Source: a virus. Taken from it: 7,146 nt of DNA. The notes beneath the pieces were generated by a model that searched no databases, had not been told where the DNA came from, and worked only from the letters and a program-made list of their open reading frames with translations. The DNA lies in IMG/VR virus record IMGVR_UViG_3300028901_000183, one strand, 5' to 3'. The translations under genes and the position numbers were made by a program. This document shows, in pieces, positions 1-5,359 of this stretch (its first letter is position 1; each line of letters opens with the position of its first letter).

Positions 1-141
1 CATTATGCGCGACGCCGCTTGGAACGTTCCGGCATGAGGAAGGCCGGGAAAGCGGCCCTTGCGGCCTGTCCGGCCCGCGACCGGCGCGGCCAGCCGGAGG
101 CGCGAGACCGGCGCGGCCCGTGCGCCGTAACGCTTCTGTGA
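1..141. repeat. Terminal redundancy, copy 1 (identical to 7006-7146)
   Basis: Base-by-base comparison: cattatgcgcgacgccgcttggaacg...gtgcgccgtaacgcttctgtga occurs at both ends of the window with no mismatch. Confidence 0.97.
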
Positions 142-284
142 CCGGCCCGAGGACTCTCACTGCCACACGCCGCCCGCCGCACAAGATATCCGCCGCCTGT
201 CGCGTCGCACACCGTGGCCCGATCACAGGCAGTCGGTTGGTTAGGGGGATGGGTCGGCTGGGCCGGGGGGAAGGCCGGGCTTGG

Positions 285-366
285 GCCGGACGGCGGAGGC
301 CTCCAGCTCGCAATCCCCCGAAGCCGTGCGCGGCGCGGGCTTGGGCCTTGGCGGCTGGAAGGCCTC
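285..366. repeat. 82-bp GC-rich hairpin-forming repeat, copy A
   Basis: gccggacggcggaggcctccagctcgcaatcccccgaagccgtgcgcggcgcgggcttgggccttggcggctggaaggcctc matches 662-743 with 5 mismatches in 82. The ends gaggcctccagc / gctggaaggcctc are inverted complements, so each unit can fold into a ~70-nt imperfect hairpin. Confidence 0.9.
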
Positions 367-430
367 GGCCCGCCGGGGCCGGGCCATGGCGGAAGGCGTT
401 TTTGCAAAACAACGCTGTTTTTTGTTGAGT

Positions 431-455
431 TTGGCATGTTCATTGAACATGCCAA
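431..455. promoter_or_regulatory. Perfect 25-nt palindrome TTGGCATGTTCA-T-TGAACATGCCAA. Candidate dimeric protein-binding site or origin/packaging element.
   Basis: The 12-bp arms are exact reverse complements around a single central T (443). It sits in the only AT-rich island of the GC-rich non-coding region. Confidence 0.6.
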
Positions 456-491
456 TCCCTAATCTAGTGCGTTTTTGTTGTCTTGACTGAG

Positions 492-516
492 TTGGCACGT
501 TTAATAAACATGCCAT
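492..516. promoter_or_regulatory. Second, imperfect copy of the palindrome (TTGGCACGTTTA-A-TAAACATGCCAT)
   Basis: 10/12 arm positions pair. The half-site consensus TTGGCA(T/C)GTT(C/T)A is shared with 431-455, centre-to-centre spacing 61 bp. The flanks also repeat: gctgttttttgttgag at 414-429 versus gcgtttttgttgtcttgac at 469-487. Confidence 0.55.
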
Positions 517-661
517 GCCGTATAGTGGTGCAGTTCCGAATTTTTTAGGAGGAAAACAGGGGCGGATGGGCGGAAGGCTTGGAGGGCGCGGGTTCGGACG
601 GTTTTACGGGATCGGCGCGGCCGGGGACAAGATACCCCCGGCCAGGCGCACCAGGGCGGGA

Positions 662-743
662 GCCGGACGGCAGAGGCCCCCAGCTCGCAATCCTCCAAAG
701 CCGTGCGCGGCGCGGGTTTGGGCCTTGGCGGCTGGAAGGCCTC
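662..743. repeat. 82-bp GC-rich hairpin-forming repeat, copy B
   Basis: Direct repeat of 285-366, offset 377 bp, 77/82 identical by hand alignment. It has the same internal inverted termini. Confidence 0.9.
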
Positions 744-758
744 CCTTCACACCCACCG

Positions 759-819
759 AAAAAAACCCGGCAAACCCGCGGGCCCCCCCGCTGCGCGGTG
801 CCCCCCGCGGGTTTGCCGG
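759..819 (-). terminator. Rho-independent terminator of the structural/assembly operon
   Basis: Read on the minus strand: a 16-bp GC-rich stem (819-804 pairs with 767-782), a 21-nt loop, then G + TTTTTTT (plus-strand A-run 759-765). It starts 9 nt after the pI stop codon at 829-831. Confidence 0.85.
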
Positions 820-828
820 ATTTAAGGC

Positions 829-1935
829 TCAAGGAGAAGAAAAGGCCTCAGCAACCGAAGCAGCATCGGAATCTGAAGACTTGGCAAGGCCAGAGCGGGG
901 GGGCGGCTCATGGTGGGGAGTAAGCACGAGGTCGTCCACCGCCCAAATCATCCTAGCAATGCGCCTGACAGAATGCCCGGCGTAGGCAAGCTCCGTGGTG
1001 TTGAGCTTGTGGCCGTCATCCGCAGAAACATAGGCGACACAAGAATAACGGCCATCGTCCGAAAACACGCAAAGCTCACCCGACAAGCGGCCCGGATAGT
1101 CAGGCATAACCGTTGCCTTGGGAGGGTCGGGCTGGCGGGCTGGCTGCGGCTTTGCCACAAGATCGGAAGGAAGAGCCTTTTCAGGAACCGGACTGGCTTT
1201 CACTTGAGAAACGACCGGCTGCACATCAGGCTTGCGGGTAAATGCGCGGTAGATATGAACAAAGGACAGCGTAACAATCAAGATAAACAGAGGAGCCAGA
1301 TACTTGCCAGAAAAGACCAGAAACCGAGTAAAGAAGGAAACTTCAACCTTAGCCATTTCCTGCAATCCAAGGCCCTCAGCAGTATACGACCTGTAGAACT
1401 TAAAAAGGACGGGATCATATTCGCCATCCACCGTATTGGTAGGACGACCGCGGGAAGACTTCCCGGCATAGGTCTTAAGAGTGTAACCAGTACCACCAAT
1501 AACGCGGCGCTTGACTAGGTAATGGCATATCTCAACAGTACTCCTAAGCTTTTTCGAGATTAACAAAGGATTTTGAGTAACCAAGGTTATATCGCAATAA
1601 TATTTCCTATGGCGGGAGAAATACTTAGATACTTCGGTATCGTCAAATTGGTCAGCCGTGAAATGTTCTTGGCACTCGTCAATAATATAATGATACCCGA
1701 CAAGGAATTCACCCGAGTTATTCTGATAAGAAGCCACGTCGTCAAACGATAAATCAGCGAAAAACAGAGTTTGATCCACCACATCACCATAAACTTCACG
1801 CAACAATTCCAAATCCAGAGGAATATTGGTAATAATTTTACGGCCCGATTTTTTCGACAACTCGGGGACAATGTAACGCTCCACACAAAAAATAGTCTTG
1901 CCAGCACCGGCAGTTCCTTCAACCAAGGTGAGCAT
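829..1935 (-). CDS. Zot / pI-family phage assembly ATPase (368 aa from the ATG at 1935)
   Basis: - Walker A GTAGAGKT lies 7 residues after the proposed Met (MLTLVEGTAGAGKT).
- Walker-B-like motif HYIIDECQ.
- One central TM segment (FLVFSGKYLAPLFILIVTLSFVHIY), then a Pro-rich linker and a ~90-aa C-terminal domain.
- It is the last gene of the morphogenesis block.
- The ORF-track start at 1998 is a TTG. The ATG at 1935 lies 1 nt after the upstream stop (TGAtATG). Confidence 0.9.
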   Translation of the reverse strand: MLTLVEGTAGAGKTIFCVERYIVPELSKKSGRKIITNIPLDLELLREVYGDVVDQTLFFADLSFDDVASYQNNSGEFLVGYHYIIDECQEHFTADQFDDTEVSKYFSRHRKYYCDITLVTQNPLLISKKLRSTVEICHYLVKRRVIGGTGYTLKTYAGKSSRGRPTNTVDGEYDPVLFKFYRSYTAEGLGLQEMAKVEVSFFTRFLVFSGKYLAPLFILIVTLSFVHIYRAFTRKPDVQPVVSQVKASPVPEKALPSDLVAKPQPARQPDPPKATVMPDYPGRLSGELCVFSDDGRYSCVAYVSADDGHKLNTTELAYAGHSVRRIARMIWAVDDLVLTPHHEPPPRSGLAKSSDSDAASVAEAFSSP

Positions 1936-1936
1936 A

Positions 1937-2359
1937 TCAGAACGCCAGCTTGCCAATGATGCGCATGACAATATCCTTGCCGTAACGCCAAGTGGCAACC
2001 GTGCCGATAATAGAAAGACCCTCGACGACGCGCAAGGCCGTCAACCACTCGACGAAAGCAGGATCGGACTCGCCAAGTTGCTCCGCAAGAGTCTTGATAG
2101 TCGGGAAGGGTATGTTGGGAGCATTCTGGACATGCTGGGTAAGTGAATCAAAATAATCGGTAATCATGTCATACAAAGCCTCGCCTATCCTATCAATGAA
2201 AAAGTAGAAGATGGCAGGCAAGGCCGCGATAATCTTGGGCCAATATGCCTTAATCAAGGAAATGATTGAAAGCAACAAACCCCGAGTAAGGGTAAAAAAC
2301 CTTATCAACAAAGACCCGAGGGAAACCAGCAAATCAACAAGCAATAACAAATAAGGCAT
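1937..2359 (-). CDS. pVI-like minor coat / membrane protein (140 aa from the ATG at 2359)
   Basis: Strongly hydrophobic N-terminal half (MPYLLLLVDLLVSLGSLLIRFF..., IIAALPAIFYFFI). Its position between the adsorption protein and pI is canonical for gene VI/ace. The ORF-track start at 2380 is a TTG overlapping pIII. The ATG at 2359 follows the pIII stop (TAG 2367-2369) and an AGGTG motif. Confidence 0.75.
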   Translation of the reverse strand: MPYLLLLVDLLVSLGSLLIRFFTLTRGLLLSIISLIKAYWPKIIAALPAIFYFFIDRIGEALYDMITDYFDSLTQHVQNAPNIPFPTIKTLAEQLGESDPAFVEWLTALRVVEGLSIIGTVATWRYGKDIVMRIIGKLAF

Positions 2360-2366
2360 AAGGCAC

Positions 2367-3890
2367 CTAAGTCCTGGCAATCCTAAAAGAAACGGCTATG
2401 GCGAACAACATAATCGCATCGCCGAAAATACGCACATAAGGACACACGTCAATTTCAACAGTGCCTTTAATCGGAACAGCAACAACAAAAGGCGCAGGAC
2501 ATCCCGAAGAGGAGCCGGACGTGGGGAAAAAACCACGCAGGTAATCAACGAACCCGCTGGCATCAACAGAATCCTCGACAGCTTTCAAGAACCTGTCAAA
2601 CGCATCATGCGAACGCTGACGAGCCGGAGGCATCCTTTTATCAGAGGGCAACTGGGAACTACCGTTACCGTTACCGTTACCATTGCCGTTGCCATTGCCG
2701 TTACCATTGCCGTCAGAATCCAAATCACCCGTACCTTGGGGATTGTCACCAACACCAGAACCGTTATCGACGCCCTTACCATCAGCAGAACCCGTCAACG
2801 CATCCTTCACGCGCTGTAAGGTGCTTTCCTTGGCGCAATCGGGACAATCACCCTTTCCATCGGAACCCGTAACGCCCGATCCTGTACCGGGAACCGCGCC
2901 TGTTCCCGTGCCTGTTCCCGTGCCCGTGCCCGTGCCCGTGCCCGTGCCCGTGCCCGTGCCGGTGCCTGTTCCCGTACCGGTGCCGGTGCCTGTTCCCGTT
3001 CCGGTGCCGGTGCCGGTGCCGGTGCCTGTTCCCGTGCCGGTGCCTGTTCCCGTGCCGGTGCCGGTGCCGGTACCTGTACCCGTGCCAGTGCCTGCTCCCG
3101 TGCCAGTGCCTGTTCCCGTGCCGGTACTACCCGAACCAGAGGTGCCAGTACCCGTGCCAGTTCCCTTATCGCCCGAACCATTGCTAGTAGAATCACCGCC
3201 TGATCCAGAAGTAGGCACGGTATCACCACCGCCGTTTGTTCCTCCTGAACCCGGACTAGGCAAAGGATCGCTATAACTGTAATTGGAACCGGGAGGCAGA
3301 ACACAAGGGGAACCGAAGGGAATACAAGTATTGGAAACAGGGCAGTAATAACCATTACCGCACACGTTATCCCTAGGCAGAGTGCCTTTGGTATCAGGCA
3401 CCGGATTTAAGGGCGGATAATGACACGAATTGTCGTCAACACTCCAAAACCCCGGCAAAGAACAATCAGACTGGGAGCTACACGCCGCCGATTGAGAAGA
3501 AATGGGAGGGCATTCCCTTGGGGGATTACAGGAACCATCACGCGCTTGATATTTACCGGAAGGACAGGCCGGAACATTGGTACACATAGAACCCGACAAA
3601 ACACCGCCATTAGGGCAGGAATAGGCGGCATATAACCTTTGGCCCGTAGAACAATTTTGAGGATTGCCGAATGTAATCAAACCGGGATTGCCCGGCGTGG
3701 CCGTCGCATTGGCAGAACCGCATTTTAAAGACGCACACCATGAGCCGCAGTATGCGGACAAGGCATCAAAAGCAGATAAGTAATTTTGCCCGCCATTGAC
3801 GTTATAGGTAAGAAGAGGAGAATAATCCGAAGCACTGGCTACAACAGGATTAAATATGAGAAGGAAGCAGAGGGATATGAAAAATTTCAT
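2367..3890 (-). CDS. pIII-like adsorption / minor coat protein with repeat linkers (507 aa from the ATG at 3890; alternative GTG at 3917)
   Basis: - Signal peptide [20 protein letters not shown]|SDY.
- N-terminal ~180 aa carries 16 Cys.
- A Gly/Ser/Thr low-complexity region includes an uninterrupted (GT)32.
- A short CPDC-containing segment is followed by (GN)8.
- C-terminal hydrophobic anchor ([20 protein letters not shown]).
- This domain / Gly-rich linker / domain / membrane anchor layout is that of filamentous-phage pIII. Confidence 0.85.
   Translation of the reverse strand: MKFFISLCFLLIFNPVVASASDYSPLLTYNVNGGQNYLSAFDALSAYCGSWCASLKCGSANATATPGNPGLITFGNPQNCSTGQRLYAAYSCPNGGVLSGSMCTNVPACPSGKYQARDGSCNPPRECPPISSQSAACSSQSDCSLPGFWSVDDNSCHYPPLNPVPDTKGTLPRDNVCGNGYYCPVSNTCIPFGSPCVLPPGSNYSYSDPLPSPGSGGTNGGGDTVPTSGSGGDSTSNGSGDKGTGTGTGTSGSGSTGTGTGTGTGAGTGTGTGTGTGTGTGTGTGTGTGTGTGTGTGTGTGTGTGTGTGTGTGTGTGTGTGTGTGTGTGTGAVPGTGSGVTGSDGKGDCPDCAKESTLQRVKDALTGSADGKGVDNGSGVGDNPQGTGDLDSDGNGNGNGNGNGNGNGNGSSQLPSDKRMPPARQRSHDAFDRFLKAVEDSVDASGFVDYLRGFFPTSGSSSGCPAPFVVAVPIKGTVEIDVCPYVRIFGDAIMLFAIAVSFRIART
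2898..3164 (-). repeat. In-frame Gly-Thr dipeptide repeat within the pIII-like gene
   Basis: Hexanucleotide units GGN-ACN read on the minus strand. Residues 252-340 of the 516-aa ORF are GT-rich, and residues 276-340 are a pure (GT)32G. The DNA is mostly synonymous-variant, but there are perfect tracts (CCCGTG)x7 at 2917-2958 and (CCGGTG)x4 at 3001-3024 on the plus strand. Confidence 0.95.
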
Positions 3891-3964
3891 AAGGTGCCAA
3901 TACCGATACAGAAACACAATCCCGATATGGCACCCAGAATCAAGAAAGCTACATGCGCATCCAT
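3887..3964 (-). CDS. Possible 25-aa hydrophobic mini-protein ([25 protein letters not shown])
   Basis: Hand translation; the ORF is below the ORF-track length cutoff. Its TGA overlaps the pIII ATG at 3890 as ATGA, which suggests translational coupling. It consists of a single TM-like segment. There is no convincing Shine-Dalgarno motif. Confidence 0.3.
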   Translation of the reverse strand: MDAHVAFLILGAISGLCFCIGIGTL

Positions 3965-3970
3965 AGTATT

Positions 3971-4008
3971 AAAAACCTAATCATGATATGGGGCATAACA
4001 CCCCATAT
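3971..4008 (-). terminator. Hairpin after the major coat gene; possible partial terminator or attenuator
   Basis: Minus strand: GATATGGGG-tgttatg-CCCCATATC (4008-3984), followed 10 nt later by TTTTT (3975-3971). It lies 18 nt downstream of the pVIII stop. The position is analogous to the post-gene-VIII terminator of Ff phages. The U-tract is displaced, so it is weak at best. Confidence 0.35.
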
Positions 4009-4025
4009 CGTCTAACACAAAAAGA

Positions 4026-4250
4026 TCAAAGCGCCCGGATCAGACGCTTGCCCACACGCGCCGCCGCGATCAACGCGGCCAAGCCTATGGCCGATCCGGC
4101 AATGGCCGAGCCCGTTGACGAAATGGAACCCACATCCACGTTATCGTTGATAAGCTGGCCCATGGAAGTCGCAGTGGCAGAAGCCATGCCGGAGGCGGCG
4201 GAAGCAGCCAAAGCAAAGGCCGCAGTCAAATAGCGTTTCAGGTTTTTCAT
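4026..4250 (-). CDS. Major coat protein, pVIII-like (74-aa precursor)
   Basis: - GGAG lies 5 nt upstream of the ATG at 4250. The ORF-track start at 4256 is a GTG.
- Signal peptide MKNLKRYLTAAFALAASAASGMASA|TAT.
- The ~49-aa mature peptide has an acidic N-terminus (NDNVD), a Gly/Ala-rich hydrophobic core (AIAGSAIGLAALIAAA) and a basic C-terminus (RVGKRLIRAL).
- This is the textbook inovirus coat design. Confidence 0.9.
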   Translation of the reverse strand: MKNLKRYLTAAFALAASAASGMASATATSMGQLINDNVDVGSISSTGSAIAGSAIGLAALIAAARVGKRLIRAL

Positions 4251-4302
4251 GGTCACTCCAAAATTAAAAAGTTTGTTTTGTTTCGTGTTTCGCGGAAATC
4301 AG

Positions 4303-4443
4303 TCACAACATATTGAAGAATTTCACCCCCTGCCGAATGGCCCAACCAATCAACCAACTAGCAACAGGCAAAGACCAACCGGCCAAAAACAAGTCGGTCG
4401 CATCTTCGCCCGTCATTCCAAAGGTATATTGAAAATCATACAT
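4303..4443 (-). CDS. 46-aa hydrophobic mini-protein, a candidate pVII/pIX/Psh-type minor virion protein
   Basis: Hand translation; below the ORF-track cutoff: MYDFQYTFGMTGEDATDLFLAGWSLPVASWLIGWAIRQGVKFFNML. It has an acidic head, one Trp-rich TM segment and a basic tail. It starts 8 nt after the stop of the upstream 144-aa gene and sits directly upstream of the coat gene, as genes VII/IX (Ff) and psh (CTXphi) do. Confidence 0.6.
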   Translation of the reverse strand: MYDFQYTFGMTGEDATDLFLAGWSLPVASWLIGWAIRQGVKFFNML

Positions 4444-4451
4444 AACCCAAC

Positions 4452-4886
4452 CTAACCGTGTTTCTTAAAAGACGGCACATTAGATGAAGAATTAACCGAA
4501 GCTTCGGACTTGTCATGCAGGACTTCACCAGTAGACGAATCGACAGAGACACCATCAATACCCGGATCAACCACAAAGCCGGACAAGACAACCTCAGTAC
4601 CCCGGCCCCGTTGCTGGACGAAAGTATCAAAATCCCATTCAAGGACGCCGCCCTTGACATGGTGCCGGAAACAAGCCAAAAGACGGGGATAAAAGTCTTC
4701 GGACACGGGAAGCTCCACAGTGGAAAACCCCGCCCCCTCCCGGTTAAACCAACCCTTCTCACCTGCCTTGCCCTGATGGACGGGAACAAACGGCGACAAC
4801 GCCAAAACCCGGTGCATGGAATACGCATTGCCGCTCTCGCGGGAATTGCCGTAGGTATGGACAACAGACAAAATCTTGAACTTCAC
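4452..4886 (-). CDS. Candidate ssDNA-binding protein (pV-like), 144 aa
   Basis: GTG start with GAGG 7 nt upstream. It lies between the replication module and the coat genes. The N-terminus MKFKILSV..TYGNSRESGNAYSMH resembles, from memory, the f1 gene V strand-plus-DNA-binding-wing segment MIKVEIK..TTRSGVSRQGKPYSLN. It has a Ser-rich, probably disordered C-terminal tail. The functional call is positional plus weak motif resemblance. Confidence 0.6.
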   Translation of the reverse strand: MKFKILSVVHTYGNSRESGNAYSMHRVLALSPFVPVHQGKAGEKGWFNREGAGFSTVELPVSEDFYPRLLACFRHHVKGGVLEWDFDTFVQQRGRGTEVVLSGFVVDPGIDGVSVDSSTGEVLHDKSEASVNSSSNVPSFKKHG

Positions 4887-4962
4887 AAAGACACCTCACA
4901 GGGAAAAAGACGGCCCTTTCAAAAACCCGGAACGGCAAGGCCGCGTGTGCCGCGCCGGGGCT

Positions 4963-5349
4963 TCAAGACTTGGAACGGGCAGCAAGGACAAGACCGCGCA
5001 CCCGGCGGGCATACGCGAGGTACTCCCCTTCGTTGCGGAAATGCAAAGGCTTCGAGACACGGCCAGAAGAAGAACACGCCAAAGGAAACGGCAAGAGAGA
5101 CTCGGAACAATCAAGGGAAGGCCCGGACGGAACCGACCGGACGGAGGCACCCTCCCGGCAAAGCGAGGAAAACGGACGCAAGACGTAATTCTCGGCAGCA
5201 GTCCAATAGCCATGCTGGAGACGGCGCAAGGCGCACGACCTGTGGGCAGGGCGGGCCAGCCAGTCATGAGCCGGACAGCCTTGGCAATCCTCACGCGGGC
5301 CGGACGGCGCCTTGCCAGTAAAAGTATGCGGGCCAGAATACCCAGCCAT
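4963..5349 (-). CDS. Hypothetical 128-aa Cys-rich protein (in the position of CTXphi rstB)
   Basis: The ATG at 5349 lies 10 nt after the rep stop and is preceded by AGGGGG (TAGGGGGTTCGCCATG). It is the only frame in the 4887-5359 gap with a protein-like composition (D/E/Y/W/H/F/N all present; 6 Cys including CQGC). The other long frames here are R/P/G-rich with almost no acidic residues. I recognise no family. Confidence 0.45.
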   Translation of the reverse strand: MAGYSGPHTFTGKAPSGPREDCQGCPAHDWLARPAHRSCALRRLQHGYWTAAENYVLRPFSSLCREGASVRSVPSGPSLDCSESLLPFPLACSSSGRVSKPLHFRNEGEYLAYARRVRGLVLAARSKS

Positions 5350-5359
5350 GGCGAACCCC

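Noticed and set aside
396-424. Plus-strand hairpin gcgttt..aaacgc followed by tgttttttg, which looks like a terminator.
   Set aside because: The stem is short, AT-rich and interrupted. No plus-strand gene ends nearby, since the repressor gene ends ~630 nt upstream on the circle. It is more likely part of the duplicated T-rich leader of the palindrome units.
431-516. TTGGCAT/TTGGCAC motifs resembling the -24 element (TGGCAC) of sigma-54 promoters.
   Set aside because: The -12 element is wrong: it reads TTGA or ATAA where the near-invariant TTGC should be. The motifs are halves of symmetric palindromes, which fits a dimeric binding site or hairpin better than an asymmetric promoter.
511-540. 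gtATAGTGGtgcaGTTCCgAA resembles the f1 plus-strand origin core (AATAGTGGACTCTTGTTCCAAA, from memory).
   Set aside because: - The match is short and gapped.
- It lies on the window's plus strand, whereas the viral (nicked) strand is expected to be the gene-sense minus strand.
- This initiator belongs to a different lineage from f1 gpII.
- I treat it as coincidence unless nick mapping says otherwise.
547-568. AGGAGG (547-552) followed by an ATG at 566, which looks like a strong ribosome-binding site for the 515-985 frame.
   Set aside because: The spacing is ~13 nt, which is too long. The downstream frame is GRGFGR/PPARR-type low complexity that crosses the 82-bp repeat, the pI terminator and the pI 3' end. 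It is more likely a chance purine run at the edge of the AT-rich island.
3-985. Many overlapping ORFs on both strands of the GC-rich block (3-455, 120-428, 214-462, 241-516, 281-490, 501-698, 515-985, 545-832, 579-923).
   Set aside because: All are Pro/Arg/Gly/Ala-dominated, as expected from stop-codon depletion in very GC-rich DNA. They overlap one another in several frames and run through terminator and repeat hairpins. One runs into the 3' end of pI. None has a convincing start context.
910-2146. Plus-strand ORFs antisense to pI/pVI (910-1518, 1771-1959, 1898-2146) and alternate minus frames (948-1160, 1278-1499, 1587-2048).
   Set aside because: They lie wholly inside the well-supported pI and pVI genes, have basic or low-complexity composition and no ribosome-binding sites. 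They are shadow ORFs.
2898-3164. A regular short-period repeat that could be taken for a CRISPR array or a non-coding microsatellite.
   Set aside because: The period is 6 nt with no spacers. It is in frame inside a long ORF that continues on both sides, so it is a coding dipeptide repeat.
2683-3276. 197-aa plus-strand ORF consisting largely of (PV)n, and the other ORFs overlapping the repeat (2585-2782, 2607-2819, 2807-3355).
   Set aside because: These are mirror or alternate-frame images of the (GT)n/(GN)n-coding repeat in the pIII-like gene. They have no signal peptide, start context or flanking gene logic. The minus-strand frame has a signal peptide, Cys-rich domain and membrane anchor.
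3988-4455. Plus-strand ORFs 3988-4233 and 4249-4455.
   Set aside because: They are antisense shadows of the coat gene and of the 46-aa mini-gene respectively. The minus-strand readings have a signal peptide, TM architecture and a GGAG ribosome-binding site.
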